A DNA stretch of 64,000 nucleotides from Desulfatiglandales bacterium (GTDB lineage: Bacteria > Desulfobacterota > DSM-4660 > Desulfatiglandales > Desulfatiglandaceae). A program made the position numbers and the translations under genes. Below, in pieces: positions 20,418 through 28,694 of the stretch (positions are counted from its first letter, which is position 1; the number at the start of each line of letters is the position of its first letter). The notes under the pieces were generated by a model. The model had not been told where the DNA came from, searched no databases, and was given only the letters and a program-made list of their open reading frames with translations. Location: the NCBI GenBank assembly GCA_963662465.1, contig OY759599.1:3232001-3296000 (forward strand). Reading direction: 5' to 3'.

Positions 20418-21530
20418 ATGAAAAAGACTTACGATGTCAACATCGAATCATTCAACCCCTTGATTGCCCCCGATGCCTTGAAGGATGAATTCCCCATCTC
20501 CGAGCGCGCCGGTGAAACGGTCTTGAAGAGCCGGGAAGAAATCCAGCGTATCTTGAAAAAAGAGGACAAACGATTGCTGGTGGTGGCAGGCCCCTGTTCC
20601 ATCCATGATGAAACCGCGGCATTGGACTACGCAAAACGTCTGAACCGGCTGAGGAAAGAGGTTGAAGACACCCTGGTGGTAGTCATGCGGGTCTATTTCG
20701 AAAAACCCCGGACAACAGTCGGTTGGAAGGGCTTGATCAATGATCCCCATCTGGACGACACCTATGATATGTTGACCGGCATCCGGAAGGCCCGCAAGCT
20801 GCTCATCGACATTACGGAAATGGGACTGCCCACGGGAACGGAGATGCTGGATCCCTTTACGCCGCAGTACATTGCCGGATTGGTCTCCTGGGCCGCCATC
20901 GGGGCACGAACCACCGAAAGCCAGATACACCGTGAAATGGCATCGGGCCTCTCCATGCCCGTGGGGTTCAAGAACTGCACGGACGGCGGTCTCGCCAATG
21001 CCGTCAATGCCATCATCGCGGCGGGGTCTTCCCAAAGTTTTGTGGGGATCGATCCCAACGGACGGGCCAGCATCGTCAATACCAAGGGTAATCCCTATAC
21101 CCACATGGTTTTACGGGGAGGCGCCCGACCCAATTACGATTCCGTCAGCATTCGCCAGGCCATCGATCAACTGCATGCCAAGGGCTTGTCCGATGCCATC
21201 GTGGTGGATTGCTCCCACGCCAATTCGTGGAAAAAATATGACAACCAGGCCGTTGTCTGGCAGGATGTCATTAATCAGAAGCTGGACGGCAACGATGCGG
21301 TGGTGGGCATGATGCTCGAAAGCAATATTCATGAAGGAAACCAGAAGAATACCGGCGATTTGAAAACCATGACATACGGGGTGTCCATCACCGATGAGTG
21401 CATTTCGTGGGAAACCACTGAAAACCTGTTGCGAACGGCCCATGAGCAGTTGATGCGAAACGGCCTTTCCCGGTCGGGGGCGCCGCTTCAGAACGGAAAC
21501 GGAAGATACTCCGTTGCCGCCGCGGCTTGA
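20418..21530 (+). CDS. aroF: DAHP synthase, class I-alpha (AroF/G/H type)
   Basis: GPCSIHD, RVYFEKPRTTVGWKGLINDP, IGARTTESQ, DCSHANS, YGVSITDECI. Confidence 0.93.
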   Translation: MKKTYDVNIESFNPLIAPDALKDEFPISERAGETVLKSREEIQRILKKEDKRLLVVAGPCSIHDETAALDYAKRLNRLRKEVEDTLVVVMRVYFEKPRTTVGWKGLINDPHLDDTYDMLTGIRKARKLLIDITEMGLPTGTEMLDPFTPQYIAGLVSWAAIGARTTESQIHREMASGLSMPVGFKNCTDGGLANAVNAIIAAGSSQSFVGIDPNGRASIVNTKGNPYTHMVLRGGARPNYDSVSIRQAIDQLHAKGLSDAIVVDCSHANSWKKYDNQAVVWQDVINQKLDGNDAVVGMMLESNIHEGNQKNTGDLKTMTYGVSITDECISWETTENLLRTAHEQLMRNGLSRSGAPLQNGNGRYSVAAAA

Positions 21531-21571
21531 TTACTTTATCGATCAACAATCATTCAATGGGAGCGATACGG

Positions 21572-22597
21572 ATGAATACCCTTGAAATACACGGCAGCAC
21601 CGGAAAATCAACCCTCCTGGTGGGTGAAAAACTAGGAAATCTCGGCGCCTGTTTACCTCCCTCGCGAACGGTCATCATCACCGACGGAAACGTCCGGCAT
21701 CTTTACGGAGATCAGTTTCCCGAAGCGCAAGTCATCGAGATCGGCATGGGTGAAGAAATCAAAACCCTTGAGACGATCAAGGATATTTTTCAGGAACTGG
21801 TGGACCATGAAGCGGATCGAACCGTTTTCATCGTGGGGATCGGCGGCGGCATTGTCTGCGATATTTCGGGCTTCGTAGCCTCTACCTACATGAGGGGCGT
21901 CCGGTTCGGGTTTGTGGCAACCACGTTGCTGGCCCAGGTGGATGCCGGTGTGGGGGGGAAAAACGGCGTCAATTTTTCCGGGTACAAAAACATGGTGGGC
22001 GTGTTCAATCAGCCCGAGTTTGTCATTTGTGATCCCGAGGTCCTCAAAACACTCTCGGAGCGGGACCGGGGATGCGGCCTGGCGGAGATCGTCAAACATG
22101 CCGCCATCGCGGATGATCGCCTTTTCGCCTATCTGGAGGAAAACGTGGCGGCGGTATCGGCCATGGACCCGGCAGCCGTACGGAGAATGGTATACGACTC
22201 GGCGGTGATTAAATCGGGAATCGTCAACCGGGACGAAAAGGAAACCGGGGAACGCCGCAAACTCAATTTCGGGCATACCGTTGGGCATGCCGTGGAAAAG
22301 GTCCACAAACTACCCCATGGCGAAGCGGTTAGTATCGGTATGATGGCGGCGGCGAAACTCTCCGCTCGAAGGGGCTATCTGACCGAGCCCCAGGTGGCAC
22401 GCCTGGCGAAATTGCTCGAATCCCTCAAGCTTCCCACACGGTTGGCAATTGACAGAGCAAAAATTATTGACGCGCTGCGCCACGATAAGAAACGGGAAAA
22501 CGATACGGTCCATTTTGTACTCCTTCGCCGCATGGGTGAAGCCGTGGTGGAACCCATCCCACTATCGACGCTGGAAGCGGTGATCGGGGAACTGTAA
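21572..22597 (+). CDS. aroB: 3-dehydroquinate synthase
   Basis: GGGIVCD, TTLLAQVDAGVGGKNG, LNFGHT, HGEAVSIG. Confidence 0.95.
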   Translation: MNTLEIHGSTGKSTLLVGEKLGNLGACLPPSRTVIITDGNVRHLYGDQFPEAQVIEIGMGEEIKTLETIKDIFQELVDHEADRTVFIVGIGGGIVCDISGFVASTYMRGVRFGFVATTLLAQVDAGVGGKNGVNFSGYKNMVGVFNQPEFVICDPEVLKTLSERDRGCGLAEIVKHAAIADDRLFAYLEENVAAVSAMDPAAVRRMVYDSAVIKSGIVNRDEKETGERRKLNFGHTVGHAVEKVHKLPHGEAVSIGMMAAAKLSARRGYLTEPQVARLAKLLESLKLPTRLAIDRAKIIDALRHDKKRENDTVHFVLLRRMGEAVVEPIPLSTLEAVIGEL

Positions 22598-22613
22598 TGG
22601 AGATAAAAATCCT

Positions 22614-23771
22614 ATGAAACAGCTATCGGAGCGTATACGACAGGTATCCACATCCAGAACCGTTCATTTGAGCGGTGTGATTGACACCCTTCGGCGGCAA
22701 GGGCGCCATATCATCAATCTCGGTATCGGTGAGCCGGACGCCCCCCCCTCACCCCATGTTCTTTCCGGAACAAGTGCCGCCATCACAGGAGGAAAAACCC
22801 GCTATGGCCCCGTATCGGGCATTCCGGAACTGCGCGAAGCGGTGGCCGGGCGGTTCGAGGGGTATGACCATGAAAACATCATCATTACCAACGGGAGCAA
22901 GCAAGCCCTGTACATGGCGCTGCAAGTGCTTTGTAACCCGGGCGACGAGGTAATCATCCCCCGCCCCTGCTGGGTCAGCTTCCGCGAACAAATCAAATTG
23001 GCCGGCGCGAGACCCGTGCTGGTGGATACGACAAGCCATCAGCTTGATTGCAATGCCATTGAAGGGGCCGTCAATGCCCACACCAAGGCCGTCATCATCA
23101 ACAGCCCCAATAACCCGACGGGTGCGGTCTACCCTAAGGAAGACCTCAGGAAAGTCGCCGATCTGGCCCGGGCCCATGATCTTTATCTCATATCCGATGA
23201 GGCCTATGAGGCCTTTGTCTATGACGGATGGCCGAAAGCCCGGCTCTTTGATTTTCCTTACGTCCGGGACCGCCTGATTGTCGCCGGAAGCTTCTCGAAA
23301 ACCTATTGCATGACCGGGTTCAGAATCGGGTATGCCGCGGCCCCCAAAGACATCATCACGGCCATGGCGCGCTTACAGAGTCATTTAACGGGCAATGTGT
23401 GTACCTTTGCGCAACATGGGGCCCTTGGCGCTACCCGAATCGATCCATCCGGTTTTGACCGCTGGCTGAACACGTTGCAAAAAAGGCGGGACATGACCCT
23501 GGAAATACTGAGAGATTTACCGTGCCACATCCCCCGGGGCGCGTTTTATGTGTTTCCCGACATCACTCGTTGCTTGAAAAACGGTGAAGGCGCTGAGGAC
23601 CTGGCAACGGAGATATTGCAACACGCAAACGTGGCCGTGACGCCGGGCGAGGCATTCGGCGGAGAGGGGCATATTCGCATCTGTTACGCCATCGCGGAAA
23701 AACCGCTGACGGAAGGGCTTAAGAGATTGGCGCAGGTACTCAATAAAAGGATGGGAGCAACCACAACATGA
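22614..23771 (+). CDS. PLP-dependent class I/II aminotransferase (AspC-like; possibly prephenate aminotransferase)
   Basis: NSPNNPTG, SDEAY, SFSKTYCMTGFRIGY. Confidence 0.88.
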   Translation: MKQLSERIRQVSTSRTVHLSGVIDTLRRQGRHIINLGIGEPDAPPSPHVLSGTSAAITGGKTRYGPVSGIPELREAVAGRFEGYDHENIIITNGSKQALYMALQVLCNPGDEVIIPRPCWVSFREQIKLAGARPVLVDTTSHQLDCNAIEGAVNAHTKAVIINSPNNPTGAVYPKEDLRKVADLARAHDLYLISDEAYEAFVYDGWPKARLFDFPYVRDRLIVAGSFSKTYCMTGFRIGYAAAPKDIITAMARLQSHLTGNVCTFAQHGALGATRIDPSGFDRWLNTLQKRRDMTLEILRDLPCHIPRGAFYVFPDITRCLKNGEGAEDLATEILQHANVAVTPGEAFGGEGHIRICYAIAEKPLTEGLKRLAQVLNKRMGATTT

Positions 23772-24487
23772 TCGGAATTATCGGTTTCGGCAGATTCGGC
23801 CGGCTAATGGCCGGATATCTGGCCAAGGATTTCACGGTTAAGGTCTTCAACCGGAGCGACAAATCAACGGAAATCGCCGAAGCGGGCGCCATGCCGGCGA
23901 CCCTGGCGGAGGCATGCGGGCAAAAGATCGTTATCTTGAGCGTCCCCATTTCCACCATGCGGGAGATGCTCGAACAGATGGCGCCGCTGGTGGGCCCGGA
24001 AACACTGGTAGTCGATGTCTGCTCCGTGAAGGTTTATCCGGTAGCGTGGATGACGGCGGCCCTTCCACCTTCGGTTTCGTTGTTGGCCACGCACCCCATG
24101 TTCGGCCCCGACAGCGCGGCCGAGTCCCTCCATGACCGGAAAATCGTTCTCTGCAACGTGCGGATCGACAACGACCGGTATCAAAAGGTGAAAAGCTACC
24201 TGACCGGAAAAGGGCTCAACGTGATCGAGGCAACCCCCGAAGAACATGACCGCCAGATCGCCATCAGCCTCTCCCTGACCCATTTCATCGGCAGGGCCCT
24301 GGACGAATTCGGCGCACGGGAACTCATGATTGATACGGAGGGGTATAAACGGCTGCTTCATATCCTGGGGGTGGTAACCCATGATACCTGGCAGCTTTTC
24401 ACGGACATGCATCGATACAATCCCTATGCACGGGAAAACCGGCGCGCATTCATGGCAGCCATCGCGCAACTGGAGGAAAAACTGTAA
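23768..24487 (+). CDS. tyrA: Monofunctional prephenate/arogenate dehydrogenase
   Basis: GIIGFGRFG, DVCSVK, THPMFGP, EEHDR. Confidence 0.88.
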   Translation: MIGIIGFGRFGRLMAGYLAKDFTVKVFNRSDKSTEIAEAGAMPATLAEACGQKIVILSVPISTMREMLEQMAPLVGPETLVVDVCSVKVYPVAWMTAALPPSVSLLATHPMFGPDSAAESLHDRKIVLCNVRIDNDRYQKVKSYLTGKGLNVIEATPEEHDRQIAISLSLTHFIGRALDEFGARELMIDTEGYKRLLHILGVVTHDTWQLFTDMHRYNPYARENRRAFMAAIAQLEEKL

Positions 24488-24612
24488 AATCGTCCTCTCC
24501 CTTACCCTGACCTCTGTATGCTCTAAAATTTATTGACCCTCAACATGATTTCCACTATACAGTTTCTAGAAAGGAACTGTTTTTTGTCAGCCCATCTTTG
24601 AAAGGGATTGTC

Positions 24613-25650
24613 ATGCCGAGAAAAATTGCCATCTGCAGTCAGAAGGGTGGCGTTGGAAAAACCACCACCGCCGTAAATCTGGCAGCCGCGCTGGCCGGAA
24701 ATGGCAACAGGGTGCTGCTGGTTGACACTGACTCCCAATGCAGCGCCACCATTTCCTGTGGCTATGATAAGAAAAGCGTGGGTCTTTCCGTCTATGACCT
24801 GCTGGTAAATCCCGGTCAAAGTCCGGCCCCTATTGTGCGTAAATGCGATACCGACTTGTTGTGGCTGTTGCCCGGCTCGCCTTCACTGGTTTCCGCTGAA
24901 ATAGAGCTGGTGAAGGAGATGGGAAGAGAATTCATTTTTAAAGAAAAGATGGAAGAAATCGTCGATGATTATGACTTTATCATTGTAGATTGCACACCGG
25001 GCGTCAGTTTGCTGGTATTGAACGCCCTGTTTTTCTGCGATGAAGTGATCCTTCCCGTTCAGAGTCAGTTTCTGGCCCTGGAAGGCATGGATCAAATGCT
25101 CCATGCCCTGTTGGTCATCACTCAGCGGATGCGTCATCCCATCAAACTGGCGGGGGTCCTCTGCACCATGTATGACAGAAGAACGAATTTGAGCATCTAC
25201 ATTTTGGAGCAGTTGGCACAGTTGTTCTCCAAGGGTTTGTTGTCCACGATCATCAAAATCAATACCAAACTGGCGGAAGCACCGGTACAGGGCAAAAACA
25301 TCTTTGAACATGCCCCATCCTGCAATGGCGCCGACGACTACATTCGGCTTGCAAAAGAAGTTATTGACCGCGGTGATCCGTCCTGGCAGGATCGATATAA
25401 ATCTCCGGGAGAAATACGGCAGACCGGAGGCGCCGGCGGCATTACGGTCCCGGAACTGGGTCCTTTCAGCCAAACCATAGAAGAACTGAAATCCGTGGTG
25501 AATCAAATATTGTCCGCGGAGGGTTTGCGGGCGGATCAGGAGAAAACCGCGGCGACAGAAAGCCCTTCGCCCCAACCGGCTGAAGACAAGACCACCGGCG
25601 AATCATCCGTTTCGGTCAGCCTGACGGAAGAAGACGCGCTGTTCGGATAA
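24613..25650 (+). CDS. ParA/Soj-family ATPase with ~90-aa C-terminal extension
   Basis: QKGGVGKTTT, VDTDSQ, VDCTP, TMYDRRT; ATG 24613. Confidence 0.9.
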   Translation: MPRKIAICSQKGGVGKTTTAVNLAAALAGNGNRVLLVDTDSQCSATISCGYDKKSVGLSVYDLLVNPGQSPAPIVRKCDTDLLWLLPGSPSLVSAEIELVKEMGREFIFKEKMEEIVDDYDFIIVDCTPGVSLLVLNALFFCDEVILPVQSQFLALEGMDQMLHALLVITQRMRHPIKLAGVLCTMYDRRTNLSIYILEQLAQLFSKGLLSTIIKINTKLAEAPVQGKNIFEHAPSCNGADDYIRLAKEVIDRGDPSWQDRYKSPGEIRQTGGAGGITVPELGPFSQTIEELKSVVNQILSAEGLRADQEKTAATESPSPQPAEDKTTGESSVSVSLTEEDALFG

Positions 25651-25730
25651 CAGGACAGTCCCAGACATTGCGGGATGCTTTCCTTCGGGATGGCATCAAA
25701 CCAAAAAATGCATAAGGAGAGGGAGATACC

Positions 25731-26510
25731 ATGAACCCTGGAAAAGTCATCGCCATTACATCTCTGAAAGGGGGCGTCGGCAAAACAACCTCCGCCGTCA
25801 ATATCGCCGCATGCTTCGCCGGAATGGGGAAAAACACACTCTTGCTGGATCTGGATCCCCACACGGGCGCCACCCTGCACCTGGGACTCGATTTCAAGGA
25901 TCTGGAACTAACGGCTTATGATCTGTTGATGGAACCGGATATTGTCCTCAGGGATGTGGTGTGCGGCACCCGCTGGGAAAAGTTGTCTATCATCCCTTCT
26001 TCCGGGGACCTGATCCAGTGCGATGCCGGGATGGAGAGCCGCGTGGGCAGGGAAAACCTCTTGTACGAAAAATTTGACGACCACCTCGATCAGTACGATT
26101 TTTTGATTATCGATGTGCCCCCCGTGGTATCGCTGCTGCTGTTCAATGCCCTCAGGGCTGCGGATTTTGTTCTGAGTCCTTTCCGAACAAACTACATGAG
26201 CGTTGTCACCATGGATGAACTGAACCATCTCATCACAAAGGTGTCTTCCAGACTTAACCCGGGAATTGAGATCCTGGGTTATTTTGGAACCATGTATGAC
26301 AGGCGCACAAAGGAATCGGAACAGTCCCTGAGCGACATGCGGGAAAAATATGGCGACAAAGTCTTCAACACCGTGATTCCCGCCAATGTAGCCCTTGCGA
26401 GAGCCGCTCGCGACGGCGTTCCCATAACCGAATATGCCAAAACCTCCGTCGGTGCGACATCATACCAGACACTGTCTGAAGAGATTTTAGCCAAAATCAC
26501 ACACGACTGA
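25731..26510 (+). CDS. ParA/Soj-family ATPase
   Basis: KGGVGKTTS, LDLDP, IDVPP, TMYDRRT. Confidence 0.9.
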   Translation: MNPGKVIAITSLKGGVGKTTSAVNIAACFAGMGKNTLLLDLDPHTGATLHLGLDFKDLELTAYDLLMEPDIVLRDVVCGTRWEKLSIIPSSGDLIQCDAGMESRVGRENLLYEKFDDHLDQYDFLIIDVPPVVSLLLFNALRAADFVLSPFRTNYMSVVTMDELNHLITKVSSRLNPGIEILGYFGTMYDRRTKESEQSLSDMREKYGDKVFNTVIPANVALARAARDGVPITEYAKTSVGATSYQTLSEEILAKITHD

Positions 26511-26592
26511 AAAGACATCTCAAGGCGGCGACGAATTGACCGTTGCCCCATCAATGCCGACATCCAACCATGGGAATTTGGGTTTTCAACCG

Positions 26593-27420
26593 ATGAAGCT
26601 GGATTATCTGAAAGACTTTGTTCCTGATTCGGGAAAACGAAACGGCTTATTCACCATCGGCATCGCCAGCGGCAAAGGCGGAGTCGGGAAGTCCTCCGTG
26701 GCCGTAAATCTTGCACTTGCGCTTGCTCAGTTGAAACAGAAGGTTATCCTGTTCGATGGAGATCTGGGACTGGGAAATATCGCTTTCATGCTGCGCCTGA
26801 AGGGACCTTATTCGACCCTCGAACATGTTGTTTCGGGCGCCAAGACATTGAAAGAAGTCCTGATAGAGGGACCGAAAGGCGTTCTGGTGATTCCCGCCGG
26901 ATCGGGCGTTGAAAAGCTGGCCAATCTGACTTCGGAGGAAATCCGGCATCTCAGGGATCAATTTCAAACCATTGAGCAATACGGCGATTTCATGATCATT
27001 GATCTCAGTGCCGGGATATCGAGACCGACCATCGAGTTTTTACTGACGTCCTCCGCCATAATGATCGTGACAACCCCCAAAGGGAGCGCTCTTCTGGATG
27101 CCTATGCATTGATAAAAGTGCTTGCCGGAAAGTCGCCTGGCTGCGACGTGGGCATCTTAATCAATCAATATGCCGATCTGACCGAAAAGGCCCAGGTAGC
27201 CGCCAGGCTCAAGACGGTCTGTAAAAAATTTCTGGATCTTGACGTCAAAGAAGTGGGAGGAGTTAAAAAAGACTGGCGCGTGGAAAAGGCGCTCAACACA
27301 CAGCTGCCATTTATACTCCAATTCCCCAATGCCCTCATCAGCAAGTCAATTCTGGACCTGGGGCGTTACTACATCAATTCACAAACGGATTGCCGAGGAA
27401 ACCGAAAAAATGGCGGATAA
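26593..27420 (+). CDS. MinD/FlhG-family ATPase
   Basis: SGKGGVGKSS, DGDLGLGN, IPAGSG, DLSAGIS, DAYALIK; start uncertain (26536 or 26593). Confidence 0.88.
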   Translation: MKLDYLKDFVPDSGKRNGLFTIGIASGKGGVGKSSVAVNLALALAQLKQKVILFDGDLGLGNIAFMLRLKGPYSTLEHVVSGAKTLKEVLIEGPKGVLVIPAGSGVEKLANLTSEEIRHLRDQFQTIEQYGDFMIIDLSAGISRPTIEFLLTSSAIMIVTTPKGSALLDAYALIKVLAGKSPGCDVGILINQYADLTEKAQVAARLKTVCKKFLDLDVKEVGGVKKDWRVEKALNTQLPFILQFPNALISKSILDLGRYYINSQTDCRGNRKNGG

Positions 27421-27488
27421 AACACCCATAGCGCTACATCATATTTGAGGAGGACAACATCATCTATTACACGAAAGAACGGTCTGGA

Positions 27489-28016
27489 TTGATCAAACAC
27501 ATCAGTCTCGGACTCATTCATATCTATTACGGGGAGGGGGTCGGCAAAACCACCCGTGCGGTGGGTCTAGCCGTCAGGGCCGCCGGAGTGGGACTCAAGG
27601 TCAATTTCGTTCAATTTATGAAATCGGGCACCTCGGGAGAAATCCTCATCTTTGCCAATATTCCCAATATTCAATACCAATGCCCGGGGAAACACCCTTT
27701 TATTCTGTCCCGGGGGCCCGAAGCCATTCACTACGAACATGCCGCCGAAGCGTTTCGTTACGCCGTTGAGGCCGTGAAAGACAAAACGCAATTGCTCATC
27801 TGCGATGAAATTCTGAATACCCTCATTTTCGGAACCTTGGAAAAAAAGCAGATCCTTAATTTGATGAGCATGTGCCGGGGCAAAACCGAACTGGTTATGA
27901 CCGGTGTCAGCGCGCCGGAAAATCTCATTGAACAAGCAGATTACGTCACCGAACTCAGGCAGATCAAACACCCCTACTATTCTGGCGCCAAGGCGCGACG
28001 GGGCATTGAATTTTAG
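27489..28016 (+). CDS. ATP:cob(I)alamin adenosyltransferase (CobO/BtuR type)
   Basis: YYGEGVGKTT, VQFMK, ICDEI, ELVMTG, ADYVTE, KHPY, ARRGIEF. Confidence 0.9.
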   Translation: MIKHISLGLIHIYYGEGVGKTTRAVGLAVRAAGVGLKVNFVQFMKSGTSGEILIFANIPNIQYQCPGKHPFILSRGPEAIHYEHAAEAFRYAVEAVKDKTQLLICDEILNTLIFGTLEKKQILNLMSMCRGKTELVMTGVSAPENLIEQADYVTELRQIKHPYYSGAKARRGIEF

Positions 28017-28026
28017 GTTGCACAAA

Positions 28027-28066
28027 GATCTGTCGGATCGGTCTAATCAGACCGATCCGACAGATC
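28027..28066. repeat. Perfect 18-bp inverted repeat built from 9-mer units
   Basis: GATCTGTCGGATCGGTCT-aatc-AGACCGATCCGACAGATC. Confidence 0.85.
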
Positions 28067-28653
28067 CGACCGAGTCCCCCTACACCCCGGATAGCCGCTA
28101 CAACCCCAAAACCGAGACCCCGCATTTTTTCCCCGCTGTGCGGTTCGCTGGATCATGGGCTTGCCACACCGCGAACAAGACAGGGTTTTGATCTGATCGG
28201 GAGATCTTCCACTCCTTCGCGCCCGCTCGGCGAGACGGGCCGCCGTAAGCAGGCTTCGGGAGTATCCTTAGTCCACTGAGGACGCTTCCCCTGGCGGAGA
28301 TAGTCCTTAAAGTCCAAAAGCAGTTCATCCAGGCTGGCGCGCGCCACATTGGTCAAGAAAGTTTCCGACTTGCTGCTCGTCGCACCTGCTCGACTACCCT
28401 CCGCGATGTTCTGACGCCCACTCCGTGCCGCCTGTACCATCTGGTCATGGGTGCGGGAGCGAGGGTTGACAAATCGCCCGCAGAACAAAACCGTGCCGTC
28501 ATAAATGATTGTGGTCGTCTGGAAACTCCGCAGCTGCCGGTATCCACCGCTCGGCCTCAGACGCCGTTTTGTCGAATCCGTCCGATCCGTCTGAGCTACC
28601 CGATCAGACTTCCACCGCTCATCCGGCGGCTCTCGAAACGCCCCCTTCTTCAT
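28043..28653 (-). pseudogene. Four-helix-bundle (23S IVP-like) + suffix + topoisomerase C4 zinc-finger gene with internal deletion/frameshift
   Basis: First frame GGYRQLRSFQ...DQMVQAARSGRQNIAEGS...ARASLDELLLDF; a second frame from ~28250 reads AARLAERAR...CSRCGKPMIQRTAQRGKNAGSRFWGCSGYPGCRGT, stop at 28043. Confidence 0.8.
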
Positions 28654-28694
28654 ATCAGATGTATCCTTTCAGCACCCTTTTAAAACTGAAAATC

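Noticed and set aside
28153..28653. Four-helix bundle as Avd of a diversity-generating retroelement
   Set aside because: No reverse transcriptase and no TR/VR repeat pair in the window
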